64,000 bases of DNA from Octopus sinensis (GCF_006345805.1 NC_043009.1:54126001-54190000); one strand, 5' to 3'; counted from the first letter of the stretch, positions 1-12,350 are shown. A program made the numbers and translations. The notes: generated by a model not told the origin, from the sequence alone.

Positions 1-331
1 AAATTTATATGTCACAGTGACAAAATAAGGAATTTCAAATTCACTGCATTCAAAATGTCGGTTGGTTTACTTCCTTTAAAATATATTTAAAAACTATTAT
101 TCGTTTCGTAAATAAAGTGATTTAAACATAACGTAGTACAAAATTTCTATTAAAAATATAAGAGTTTTGCTTCCCAACCGCATGATTCTGGATATTATCC
201 TATGTGCATGGTACCTTGTGCGAGTGTCTTCTACCATCTCTTCGAGACAACCAAAGATATGTGTGGATCTTTTTTTAAGAGACAAAGCTGAAACAAACCT
301 ACAATGTATGTATGTATGTATGTATGTATGT

Positions 332-406
<75 letters not shown>

Positions 407-435
407 TACATATGTACATATATACATACATACAT

Positions 436-668
436 ATATATGAGTGTATGTGTGAGTATGATTGTGTTCCTTCCCGCGCCGACCGTTTGCCGATTGATGT
501 TAGTGTGATTACGCCCCAACAACTTTGTAGTTTAAAAACGGAAGCCGCTAGAATAAATACCAGGCTTGAAAAGTAACCAATGAGGTCGGTTCATTCGACG
601 AAAAGTTTTGTAGGCAGTGCCCCAGCATGGCCTCATGAAACTGACTGAAACAAGTAAAAGATTAAAGA
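436..668 (+). mobile_element. SINE family A, 3' half (diverged)
   Basis: Similar to the tail of the 11005-11417 copy (…CCCCAGCATGGCC…ACTGAAACAAGTAAAAGA). Confidence 0.7.
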
Positions 669-727
669 TGAATCATATGTTCATGTGTTTACATATATGT
701 GCGTGTGTGTGTACATATATATATATA

Positions 728-758
<31 letters not shown>

Positions 759-814
759 CATACGCATACAGACACACACATATACATAGATATGAGTGTG
801 CGTGTTTATGTATG

Positions 815-854
<40 letters not shown>

Positions 855-857
<3 letters not shown>

Positions 858-1989
858 GGGTTGAACAAAATAATGGAAACACCTTAAAATTTCAAACAAG
901 TTTATTTTAATAAGGGATAAGACCGCATTTGGCAGTAATTACATCTTGAATTCAACGAGACATTGACTCGTACAAAGGCTGAATTGTTTCCAAAGGAATT
1001 TTTGTCCATTCTTCAGCTAAAACAGTCTCCTGGTGCCATTCAGTAACAACTTTAGCTGTCTGAAGTGGTGTATTATCATCCTAAAAGATTTCGTTTACCA
1101 ACGGAAACAGTTCCGCAACAATACGATGAATTTGATCAGATAATATGATCAAATAGTCTTGACTATTATTTCTGCCACGAAGGGTAACCATTGGGCCGGC
1201 GGATTTCCAAGATATAGTCCCAGATCATCACATATCCTTTTCCATGTTTGAGAGTTGGAAGACGGCAGTCAGGATCAAATGCTTCTTTTGGATATCTCCA
1301 CATGTATACTGGGCCGGTGTTCGGAAATAAGGTAAAGGATGACTGGTCCGAGAAAATAACATTCTTCCACTGCTCCAAGGACCAATTCTGTAGGTTTTTA
1401 CGCTACTCTAAATACTTTGCAACGTTTGGTTTTGAAAATAGTGGTTTTCTGATTGCTGCCCTCCCGTGAAATCTAGCTTCGTGCAGCTCTCGACGAACAG
1501 TTTTTGTAGAAACTATGTTATCGAGATGGTCATTAAGCTCTGCAGAAATTTTGGGAGCTGTACTTTTGTGATCCTTTCTAAAAATTCCCGTTAGACTCCG
1601 AATGTCCCTATCTGAATGTTTTGGTTTTCTTCCGGAGTCTTGTTTCGACGAGGAGGTTTTTCCCACTTTCTCAAAGGCTGTCATTACTTTCGAGACAGTA
1701 CTTCTCGATACACCAAACATTTAAGCTGTTTTCATTACGCTAGCGCCTGCCATACGATCACCAACAACTTGACCTCTTTGAAAGTCCGATAGATCTGTCA
1801 TTTTAATGAATTTTTATTACCTTTTTCTGATGATATCTGAAAAGAAACAGCAATTTTAGCAAACCATATTAGGCAACACTAATAAATAAAAAAAGGACAT
1901 AAAACTAAACAAGCTTTTAACGGTTTTGTGGATATTTGAAAATTATGATGCTATGATGCTAGGTGTTTCCGATATTTCGTCCAACTCTG
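855..1989 (-). mobile_element. Tc1-family DNA transposon, internally deleted, TIRs retained
   Basis: Left TIR CAGGGGTTGAACAAAATAATGGAAACACC from 855 matches the reverse complement of GGTGTTTCCGATATTTCGTCCAACTCTG at 1962-1989, which is followed by TA. Encloses a Tc1 transposase reading frame. Confidence 0.9.
907..1801 (-). pseudogene. Tc1 transposase pseudogene
   Basis: Reads MTDLSDFQRGQVVG..FGVSRSTVSKV (paired-like HTH), GRKPK, GRAAIRKPLFS, WKNVIFSDQSSF (first D region), DDN (second D region) and C-terminal LAEEWTKIPLETIQPLYESM. Has in-frame stops, a frameshift, and lacks the WPxQSPDLNxIE block. Confidence 0.88.
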
Positions 1990-2096
1990 TATTTATATAT
2001 GCATACATACAGATACAGACACACACACCTATATATATGCATACATACACATATATATACACACGCACACACACACACATATATGCATACATACAT

Positions 2097-2143
<47 letters not shown>

Positions 2144-2404
2144 TGCATACATTTATGCACACATACATGTATCTAGAGACATATGCATACATTCATATAT
2201 GCTTGCATGCACACAACATTCATATATACATATAGATCCGATCTTTCATACGTTTAGAACTATGATTACGATATATCATTGTGATTTTGAAATCCCAATA
2301 AAAATGCGATTGCATCAATATACATCAAAAAGTATGCATCAGAAATTGCCTAATAGGATTTATATCTGGTGGAACAAAACGCACAAACTATTATAAAATG
2401 AAAA

Positions 2405-2580
2405 AAGGCAGTGAGATGGCAGAATCGTTAGCGCGCCGAGAAAAATGCTTAGCGGCATGTCGTCTGTCATGTACATTCTGAATTCCTAGTCAGCCATGAT
2501 CGACTTTGCCTTTCATTTTTTCGGGATCGATAAAATAAGTGCCTACTGGCCTTGTGCAAAAATTTGAAACAAATATTATA
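2405..2580 (+). mobile_element. SINE family B (diverged)
   Basis: GAGATGGCAGAATCGTTAGCGCGCCG…ATCGACTTTGCCTTTCAT…GATCGATAAAATAAGT, matching the 21195 copy. Confidence 0.75.
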
Positions 2581-2739
2581 AAGTTAATTATAAAAAAGTA
2601 CGAAAAAATTGTAAAAATCATAGAAGCGGAATAAGAGGTAAACCATCTTAAGTCAATATTTTGACCATAAGTATAGCACATTGTTCTGTCTCAAATACAA
2701 GCCCTACTTTCCATTTGTGAACTCTGAAGGATACGAAGC

Positions 2740-3109
2740 AACACACATATCTGAACAGGTTTAATAAAGTTCTATATTTTAGAGATGAGGGATTCTGTAC
2801 ATTATTGATATTATTTACATTTGACGGATCTGTGTCCCCATCTTGTTTGTTGTTACCACTACGTTTCGGCTGATAATACACAGAGAACCGAACTGGAAAA
2901 TTCGAAAACTAAACGTGGCAGCACATATGCTAGGACACAATAACCGCCTAAGCAGATTTAGTGCAGATAGGAGTAGAATATGGGAACCGGTATTAAGGAA
3001 GGATGCAAAAATATTAGGTTTAGAAGCCCTAAAATTCACTTTATAATTGCCGACAGGCATAGAGCGTAATGGTTAAGAGCGCGGGTTACTAACACCAAGA
3101 TTGCGACTT

Positions 3110-3188
<79 letters not shown>

Positions 3189-3420
3189 GAAGAAGAAGAA
3201 AAAGAAGAAGAAGAAGAAGAAGAAGAAGAAGAATCATAATAATAATAATAATAATATTAATAACAACAACAACATCCGCAAAAAAGTACCTTAGAACTCA
3301 GGATTGGTTTCAAAATTCTATCAGGACATCTGATGAAACCTGGAGAGTAAATCAGCTAAAACGTTGTGGTAACAGCAAACAATATGAGGATACATATCCG
3401 TAAATAATGTAAATAGTATA
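2740..3420 (+). mobile_element. Penelope-like element 3' remnant with inverted pseudo-LTR piece
   Basis: 2885-3046 translates KLNVAAHMLGHNNRLSRFSADRSRIWEPVLRK, resembling a PLE GIY-YIG C-terminus. 2800-2880 (minus) and 3350-3415 (plus) are inverted copies of one sequence that carries hammerhead-like GAAACGT. Confidence 0.55.
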
Positions 3421-4470
3421 TAGGTTTAATAATCCTTTGTCATATGGATATGCTGGCTGAAATTTAGGAAAGGTGGGCTAGCCGATTATATTGAGGACAT
3501 TGCCCGACTGGCACACCACGGAGGAAGTTTAACACAGAATGGAAAGCATGAAAAATGGAGGTCAGCGTTTTGTCCAGCATTTAAATATTTTGTCAGCCTA
3601 CTGCTTCAACAGGTTTTGTAATGGCAGATATTCCTCTTCAATAAGTATTTGTAAACATTAAAACAAGATAAGCCTAAGAGGAGGAAGTTTGTTTAAATAT
3701 TTCTCGCGATGTTCGCCAATTTCAAGCTCGTCCGAGACCAACTTTGCCTTTTACCCCTATCCCCACACCCACCCGTCACTCAGAACCAAAAACAGTGGAA
3801 TGATTCTTTCTACTACAAGCACACGGTCGGAAATTCTGGAGGAAAAAGAAAGTCTAGTATTCAACCCCGAAATGATCAAAAGCAAAATTAGCTTCGGTGA
3901 AATTTGGACTCACCACATAAAACTAGTAGGAATGCTGCTAAGCATTTGTCAAACGTTGTAACAATTCTACCAGATCGCCTTCTTTTAGACCGCCAAGTAC
4001 CAGCTCAGCTAACAGTCAAATATGGTAGTTGATAATATCGATTAATCACTTCGGCTCAAAAGTGCTGGCCTTGTCGCTAAATCCGTAACCAATGTTTACT
4101 TCCACGCTACATACTTCGCTATGGATATCTGACAGAGAAAAATGACTGATCTTCTCGGTGAAAGGGTGAATACACCGATACGATAGCCACGATGGAGTTG
4201 TATCCAAACACTGCTCGACTTAACATGTTTCTGATTTTTCATAATATCCATGTTAAACCGAGCTCATTTAAGAATATGGGTAAATAGATATTAAGGTAAT
4301 TTTTTCCTTCGCATACCATTGCTTTAATCCATCAAACATGTGTAGCAATGGGTTGCTGGTTTGAACAAACAATCAATAATATGAGTGTTTGCGGAAGTGT
4401 TTAAGTAAAAGTATGGTTGTATATACATATGTACAATATATGTATATATGTATGTAGCTATCTATATATA

Positions 4471-4634
<164 letters not shown>

Positions 4635-4826
4635 TATATATATACATATAGGTGTATATGTATATATTTGTGGATATATATGTATGAATGTATGTATACA
4701 TAAATACATACATTTATGTATAAATTCATATATAGACTTATGTGCACACCTATATGTGTATGTGTGTGTAGATACCTATACATATAAGCGTACAAATACG
4801 CACTCCAAACACACACACATTGACTC

Positions 4827-4872
<46 letters not shown>

Positions 4873-5429
4873 TTATATATATATTCATGTGTGTGTGTGA
4901 ATGGATATGCGTACAAACCGTGTGTATATAATCGATGTGATTCTAATCAATGAGATTTATATTGCTATCCTAAGCAGCAGGCAAATAGTTATCTATGCTG
5001 ATCCGTCCTCTTAGGTTACATCACTTTGATAAACACAGATATTCTTCACACGCGTAAACACATGCAAACATACTTGCATACTGACATATATACATAAATA
5101 TATAGACACGTATAGCCGTATATCAAAACGCATAATAAGTGCGAAGTAGAAATACACAAGCATAAAGGAAGCATACATATGTGTGTGGGAGTTTGATCAT
5201 GTGTTTGTTTGTAAACGTATGTGCATGAATATGTATCGTTATATATAAATGTATATAATATACATACATGCATACAAACATACATATGTATAAATGTATG
5301 AATGTATTTGTATGGGCGTATTTTAGCCTTAAATATATATGAGTGTGTTCTATCTATAATTATGCGCAAATGTCAGTGCACATGTGTTTGAATGTGTGCA
5401 TATATGTATATATATATATATATATATAA

Positions 5430-5830
5430 AAACATTATTGGTGAATTGAAGAAATGGAGCTGAACGCAGATTGAACAGAAATCGTTTTATTTCATTCTAC
5501 ACGTGTTTCGAAAGGCACAAATTACCAAAATCCGATTGAATAATGGGACCATATTGTGTCTTTCTCTTCAGGAAGAAAAAAGGAAATCCGTTAGAGAAAC
5601 AAAAACAGAACAGAGGCGGAGCAAAAACCAAATCGAACTATGCTCCTAAGAGCCCATGGCGAAACTGTTTATCAGTGTATGCTGAGAACCGGTGGCTGAA
5701 GAATTCTACAGGTCAGGCATCGGTCAATCATGTGGGTGAGGGTGTATAGATGTTCTTAGTGACCGAGATAAAGTTCTGACTATTAAGGAATATGGATGTT
5801 TTATAAGGGGCGAGAAAAAATCTACTTAGA
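5430..5830 (-). mobile_element. PLE-type pseudo-LTR / non-autonomous retroelement with hammerhead
   Basis: About 400 bp of non-coding sequence bounded by (TA)n and (GT)n. On the minus strand the hammerhead motif is followed by AATAAA. Confidence 0.55.
5491..5577 (-). ncRNA. Type I hammerhead ribozyme (minimal, palindromic stem III)
   Basis: Minus strand: UUCUUC-CUGAAGA-GAAAGACACAA…UUGUGCCUUUC-GAAA-CACGUG-UA^GAAUGAA. Core is canonical, stem II is long, stem III is the palindrome ACACGUGU, and stem I is UUC/GAA. Confidence 0.8.
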
Positions 5831-6042
5831 GACGTGTGTGTGTGTATACTGTTCTATATATGTGTGTGTTGGCGTAGGGGTAGAAAACATTTTTTGTGTA
5901 CGTGTGTGCGTTTGATCGTTCGGCAACCGTGCTGTTTACTGCTGTGATTTTTGCTACTAAGGTATCGGTTAACTTTTGATTAATCTACAACAAGATTATT
6001 CATCTTTCTATTTCACATAATATATATATATATATATATAAT

Positions 6043-6147
6043 AAGTACTAGGCTTACAAAGAATAAGTCCTGCCGTCGATTTGCTCGACTAAAGCCGGTG
6101 CTCTAGCATGGCCACAGTCAAATGACTGAAACAAGTAAAAGAGTAAA

Positions 6148-6148
<1 letters not shown>
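6043..6148 (+). mobile_element. SINE family A tail
   Basis: AAGTACTAGGCTTACAAAGAATAAGTCC…GACTGAAACAAGTAAAAGAGTAAAGA. Confidence 0.8.
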
Positions 6149-6192
<44 letters not shown>

Positions 6193-6214
6193 TTTGGAAA
6201 ATAATTTTTTTTTT

Positions 6215-6425
6215 GTACTCTAGGCACAAGTCCCGAAATTTTGGGGGAGGAGGCTAGTTAATTAGATTGACCCCAGTACGCAACAGGTACCTAATTTATT
6301 GATACCGGAAGAACGAATGGCAAAGTCGTCTTCGGCGGTATTTCAACTCAGAACATAAAGACAGACTAAATACCGCAAAATATTTCGCCTGGTGTGCTAA
6401 TGTTTTCACCAGCCCACTGCTTTCT
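6215..6425 (-). mobile_element. SINE family B
   Basis: Reverse complement of the family B head and body. Confidence 0.75.
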
Positions 6426-6957
6426 TTGGAAAATAATATTGGTCCACGTTTTTTTCTCATTCCTCATGAGGTCTTTCTGAAAGAATTTTCTTTCCAAATA
6501 GTCACAATGGTCTCAGAACTAATCTCTTTCACGATTTCTCTCTCTTTTACTCTTTTACTCCTCCACTATCTCTCTCGTTCTTCCTCACATACTATCTTTC
6601 CATTCTTCCCCATCTCATCTCTCCCACATCTCCTCCCCACCCCATCTCGCCCACATCTCCTCCCTTTGTGTTTCGCTTAATATTTCTTCAAACAGTTAAA
6701 TGACTCTTTGGTGTTCAATTTGCATGACACAAGCGACCTCAGAAGAACGTTTTCATGAAGAATTAAAAGTGAGAATTACCAGGAATGAAGCAAAAGTCCG
6801 ACATCCGTTGCTAATAATAATCATAAACAAGATAATGGTTTCAAATTTTGGCAGCAATTTTCAGGGTGGGGTAAGACGATTACATCAACCCCAGTGGTCA
6901 ACTAGTACTTTACTTATCGACCCGAAATGATGAAACGCAAAGACATCATTGGTGGGC

Positions 6958-7006
<49 letters not shown>

Positions 7007-7010
<4 letters not shown>

Positions 7011-10000
7011 TGGACCCCTCTGATGTCGCTGTCAATCATTTAATGAAAACAAGCCAAAAATCATGCCGGATCGGTCATCGCCCGGGACAACAAGGACCGC
7101 GTTACCCAGTAGGGAACCAGACTGGGGTCGAAAAGTTTGCTGCTGGAACAAACTCTCAAAAAGACGATCTACCAGGTGACCAGAACCAGAATACTTCTAA
7201 CTCTGGACTTGTACTGACACCACCAAAAACACCACCTAAAGCAAAACGTATAAAATGGACCAGAGAGGACTATAGAGATGTGTTGAAAGCTTTTTATACA
7301 GCCCAACTAAACCCAAACAATAACCTCAGTGTACAAACATACATCTCATGGAGAAATTCAGTAGGCAATGACGTACGTAGATATATAGACGCAAATAACT
7401 TAAGTAATGTACGCAGAGATTTAATTAAAAACAAAAGACTAACTGACGCTGAAATTGACAAAATTAGGACACTAATAGCTCATGGTAGACCAAAAGAAAA
7501 CAGCAACAATGTAGACGAAATAGGTAACAGTAGCACAGAAGCCAGTGTACAAGCGGCAAATCAACTTCCCAATGGGGAATTTAAACAAAGAATAGCGAAG
7601 ACGAGAGATTTGAAAAAAGAGGAGAACGTAGACCTTCCTCAAGAAAACCAAAATAGATATGACATAGAATTTGAGGTGAATAATAGAGAAAAGATTATAG
7701 AAGCAAAAGTGGACATTATGAGAGAACTCGGCAAGATTGAGCTCACTGACATGGTTAATAGAGAACCGCTACCAAAGTTTTCAAATGACACAAGAAATAA
7801 CAACACAATCATGACATATAACATTGCCCTAGGGACAGATCTTAAGAAATAAGGGGAATGATCTGACAACCTTAAATAATCTCATCTATTCCACTGCTAA
7901 AGTAGTAACTACCCAACTAGGTATTAAGATGACAAAGAAAAAGGCCAGGCATGTCAATGAACCTCCTAAGTGGAAAGTAGCGATACAAAAAGAGATTGAA
8001 TCTCTGCGGACGGATGTTTCAGTTCTCGATGAGCTTGCTAGAGGAGTGAATATTAAGTCGAGAAAAGCTAGAAAAATCAAGCAAAAATATAAAATCAAAG
8101 ATCTCATAAACCTCCCCGCAACTAAGGAACTGTTGAAAGAACGGATGCAGTTGAAGGCCCAAAGGCTTAGAAGGTATGACAAAAGAAACAAATTTTATCG
8201 ACAAAATAAATTTTTTAAGATAGATGCAAAGAAATTTTATAGGGAAATTGGCAAAAATAAAATACACATAGAAGATCCACCTAAGATTAAGGAAGTGGAG
8301 GAGTTCTGGAAGAAGGTATGGAGCAACGAAAAAGAGTTTAATGCTGAGGCTGACTGGATAGAACGTCGTCTCAAAATTCTTAGAGAATAGCATGACCATG
8401 TGGAACACACGTCTCTTTCTAAGCCATAGTAATGGGATGAGCCAGTCCAACAGCATCAACATCAAACGAGGCATCTTTCAAGGTGACTCCCTCTCTCCAT
8501 TACTTTTTTGCATGGCACTGATTCCACTCTCAAAGGAATTGGATAGTACCAGATATGGGTACAAAGTTTTTAGTAAGTTAATAAACCACCTTTTCTATAT
8601 GGACGACCTAAAGCTGTTTGCCAGGAATGACCAAGAGCTAGAAGGGCTGCTAACAACTGTTAAAGAGTTTAGCAATGATATCGGAATGGATTTTGGCCTT
8701 GATAAGTGTGCTAAAGCAACTTTTGTAAGAGGCAAGCTCAGGCAAACAGCTTCTGTTAAATTAGATATTGACACTACCATCAAGGAACTTGACCCACAAG
8801 AAAGTTACAAATACCTAGGAATCAACGAAGGAGATGGTATACATCATGCTACTATGAAGGAAAAAATAAGAAAGGAATACTATAGGAGAATAAGGCTTGT
8901 ACTGAAGACAGAACTCAACTCCAAAAATTGCATTGAGGCCATTAACACCCTGGCACTTCCAGTAGTCCAGTACAGTTTTAACATCATTAACTGGAACCTT
9001 ACGGAACTCCAACGCTTGGACAGGAAGACAAGAAAATTACTGACATCCAAGAGCATGCACCACCCTAAGGCAGATGTAGACCGCCTGTACCTACCTACAA
9101 GCAGCGGTGGGGGGGGATGATGCAATTAGAGCTGTGCTATAAGACCTCTACTGTAGGAATGAACAGGTACCTATCTAGTACAAAGGACTGGATGCTGCGA
9201 CTTGTGTGCGAACACGAAAGCAGCAAAAAGCTGCATTCTATTGTCAAGGAAGCTTATAAGTTCGAAAGGGAACTAGACATTAACCTTGAATCAGATGAAG
9301 AGCCGGAAACCACTGCTACCAAGCAAACAAAGCGAATCAAGCAGACTGCAAAAAAGAACGGGCAGAATCAAATTGAGAGGCGGTGGAGCCAGAAGCCCCT
9401 GCATGGACAATATATTCTCTGAAGCCAAAATGCTGATGTAGACCAAGCAACAACCCATCAGTGGCTGAAGAGTTCTGGATTAAAAGCAGAGACTGAAGGC
9501 TTCATACTGGCAGCACAAGATCAAAGCTTGTTTACCAGAAATTACCAGGCTAACGTTCTCCGAAACGGTACTGACCCTAAATGCAGATTCTGCGACACAT
9601 TTGACGAAACAATAGACCATCTCGTTTCGGGATGTCCTGTGCTGACACCAAACGAATACAAAAATCGCCACGATAGGGTAGGACAGTATATACATAGGAA
9701 GATATGTAAACACTACAAATTCGACACTCCTGCTAACTGGTATGAACACCATCCTCAGCCAGTTGTTGAAGGTAAAGATGTCACCATCCTCTGGGATTTT
9801 CCAGTCAACACTGACAGAACGATCAAGGCTAATCGAGCAGACATGATTGTTAAAGACAGGGAAGAAAATACCTGCAGACTAATAGAGGTAAGCGTCCCCA
9901 CTGATAAAAATGTATCTGTAAAGGAATTTGACAAACTTAGTAAATATAAGGACCTGGAAATCGAAATACAAAAGATGTGGAATCTTAAAACAAAAACTGT

Positions 10001-10302
10001 TCCTGTTATTGTAGGTGCCCTAGGTATGATAAAAAAGGAATGTCAGAAACACCTAAACAATATCCCTGGAGAACCATGTCTCAAGGAAATCCAAAAGATT
10101 GTGCTAACAAGTACTGCCCACATCCTTAGAAAAACCCTATTAATGTAAATGTTTGTGTTTGTATTACATGGAGATATTTCTCTACTTCTCCTCCCCAAGC
10201 TTTCAGCTATATTTCAACAACTCTTAACCTTCACTTGCCCTAGGGCGCTGGGTGTGCCCCGGCAGGTGATTGCATCAAACATGCAGATTAAAAGTAAATG
10301 AC
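7007..10302 (+). mobile_element. R4/Dong-like RLE non-LTR retrotransposon inserted in (AAT)n
   Basis: A single broken ORF with an N-terminal KWT motif, RT, zinc knuckle and restriction-like endonuclease. Structured 3' UTR. (AAT)n on both sides (about 6958-7006 and 10303-10395). Confidence 0.88.
7010..10148 (+). pseudogene. RT + CCHC + RLE polyprotein pseudogene
   Basis: RT motifs GIFQGDSLSPLLF, YMDDLKL, FGLDKC and YKYLG; zinc knuckle CRFC…HLVSGC; RHD; RADMIV…LIEVSVP…KY endonuclease. Stops or frameshifts near 7850, 8365-8390, 9110 and 9420. RT N-terminal subdomains are missing. Confidence 0.9.
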
Positions 10303-10382
<80 letters not shown>

Positions 10383-10729
10383 TAATAATAATAATAATTA
10401 TTATTATTATTATTATTATTATTATCATTATTATTATTATTATCATTACTATTTTACATTCTACTAAAACACAAGGAGTAGAAGGATAGTTGATTATAAT
10501 GAATTAAGTACTTCATGTGACTTAATTTATTGACCAGGAAACGGTGAAAAGCAGTGTTGACCTTGATGGAACTTGAACTCAAAATCTAAAAATAAAAATG
10601 CAACTAACACAAAGCACTGTTTCTGAAGGCTCTAATAATTCTGCGAGCTCACAAACTATTTAAGATAGTTCTTGATGTAGGCCTACAGTCTCCAATTATA
10701 AGAGGATTGGAGTAGTAATAATAAAATGA

Positions 10730-10930
10730 TAAACGCTTTCAAAATTTAGCTGTAGGCTAGCAGCTTTTGCTCGATTACATCGACCACAGTGCTTAACTGC
10801 AACTTGCTTTATCAGCCCCAAAAAGATGAAAGGCAAAGTGGACTGCGACGGAATTTGAACTCAGAATGTAAGGACAAATGAAATGGCGCTTAGCATTTTG
10901 CCCGGCGCGCTGTCGCATCTGCCACTTCGC
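10730..10930 (-). mobile_element. SINE family B
   Basis: GAAAGGCAAAGTGGACTGCGACGGAATTTGAACTCAGAATG…TTAGCATTTTGCCCGG is the reverse complement of family B. Confidence 0.8.
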
Positions 10931-11004
10931 TGCTTTAATAGTAATATCAACAACAACAACAGCAGCAGTTTCTACATGAAGGACGATCAAGACGTTGAGA
11001 ATGA

Positions 11005-11167
11005 TGTGGCTGTGTGGTAAGTAGCTTGCTAACCAACCACATGGTTCCGGGTTCAGTCCCACTGCGTGGCATCTTGGGCAAGTGTCTTCTACTATAGCCT
11101 CGGGCCGACCAAAGCCTTGTGAGTGGATTTGGTAGACGGAAACTGAAAGAAGCCTGTCGTATATATG

Positions 11168-11200
<33 letters not shown>

Positions 11201-11417
11201 CTGTGTTTGTCCCCCTAGCATTGCTTGACAACCAATGCTGGTGTGTTTATGTCCCCGTCACTTAGCGGTTCGGCGAAAGAGACCGATAGAATAAGTACTG
11301 GGCTTACAACGAATAAGTCCCGGGGTTGAGTTGCTCGATTTAAGGCGGTGCTCCAGCATGGCCGCAGACAAATGACTGAAACAAGTAAAAGAGTAAAAGA
11401 GTAAAAAGAGTAAAGAG
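11005..11417 (+). mobile_element. SINE family A, full length (tRNA head, CORE-like domain, internal microsatellite)
   Basis: A-box-like TGTGTGGTAAG and B-box-like GGTTCAGTCC; CTTGGGCAAGTGTCTT resembles the CORE domain; internal (TA)n(TG)n; tail of (GTAAAAGA)n. Confidence 0.88.
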
Positions 11418-11893
11418 TATATGATAAGCATAAAAATGTTTAGCAGAAATCATTATAAAAGATTACCCTGAACGCGTTATGTTCCGTTATTTAGTTCATC
11501 GATTTTAAACAGATAAAAATTATAAGGATGAAAGATGTAGCAAATTAGACTAGTGACAGTTTGAGGGAAATTTACTTATTTCATAATTTAATTCACGAAC
11601 AAGTCATTGTTTCACAGCATTTAAAGTGGCGAGAGATTCAGCAGAAACGGTTTTTTTCCGATAGCAACAGTGATTTTTCTTTTCTTGTCCACAATTAGAC
11701 ACACACAGAAAGATCAGTTAGATTTTCTGCGCTTTGAGTTCAAGTACAACGGAGGCTAAACTTACCTCTCATAGTTGCAGCGTTAATAAATGAAGAATCA
11801 GTTTTTCAGTTAGTATATTACGACAGCACCTCTAATATTTTAGTCAAGGCATGGAAATTTCCAGGCACTGTAATGTGTACACACACACACACA

Positions 11894-11932
<39 letters not shown>

Positions 11933-12350
11933 TACACACGCACACACTTAGACGCACATATGCACAAACGAATATGATTGTGTATAGTATATATGCATGT
12001 TTATATAAATATATGTATGTATACATGCACGCCTACACGTCCACACACACACTTTTAACTATAATGTAAGAATGTATATATGTATTAAGTATGTATATAT
12101 GCATGTATGTCATTGTTCGGTTTTATCCCAAGATTTCTTGGAAATAGAGGAAGAGCCGGTATTTAACCTAGAGCCGTGTCTCCATTAGAATTTCAACATC
12201 GACAACAGGATATATATATATGTATGTATATATGTATGTATGTATTGTATGTATGTATGTATGAATGAATGTATGTATGTATGTATGAATGTATGTATGT
12301 ATGCATGTATGTATGTATGTATGTATGTATGTATGTATGTATGTATGTAT

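Noticed and set aside
130-305. Possible RLE zinc-knuckle remnant on the minus strand next to (ACAT)n
   Set aside because: CRF…THIFGC…RYH only loosely resembles the motif; too degenerate to call.
7010-7185. HDV-like ribozyme at the 5' end of the R4/Dong-like element
   Set aside because: Several local helices exist (GACCCC/GGGGTC, CCCAGT/ACTGGG, AGTTTG/CAAACT), but I could not assemble P1, P1.1, P2 and P3 with correct spacing. A structured search would be needed.
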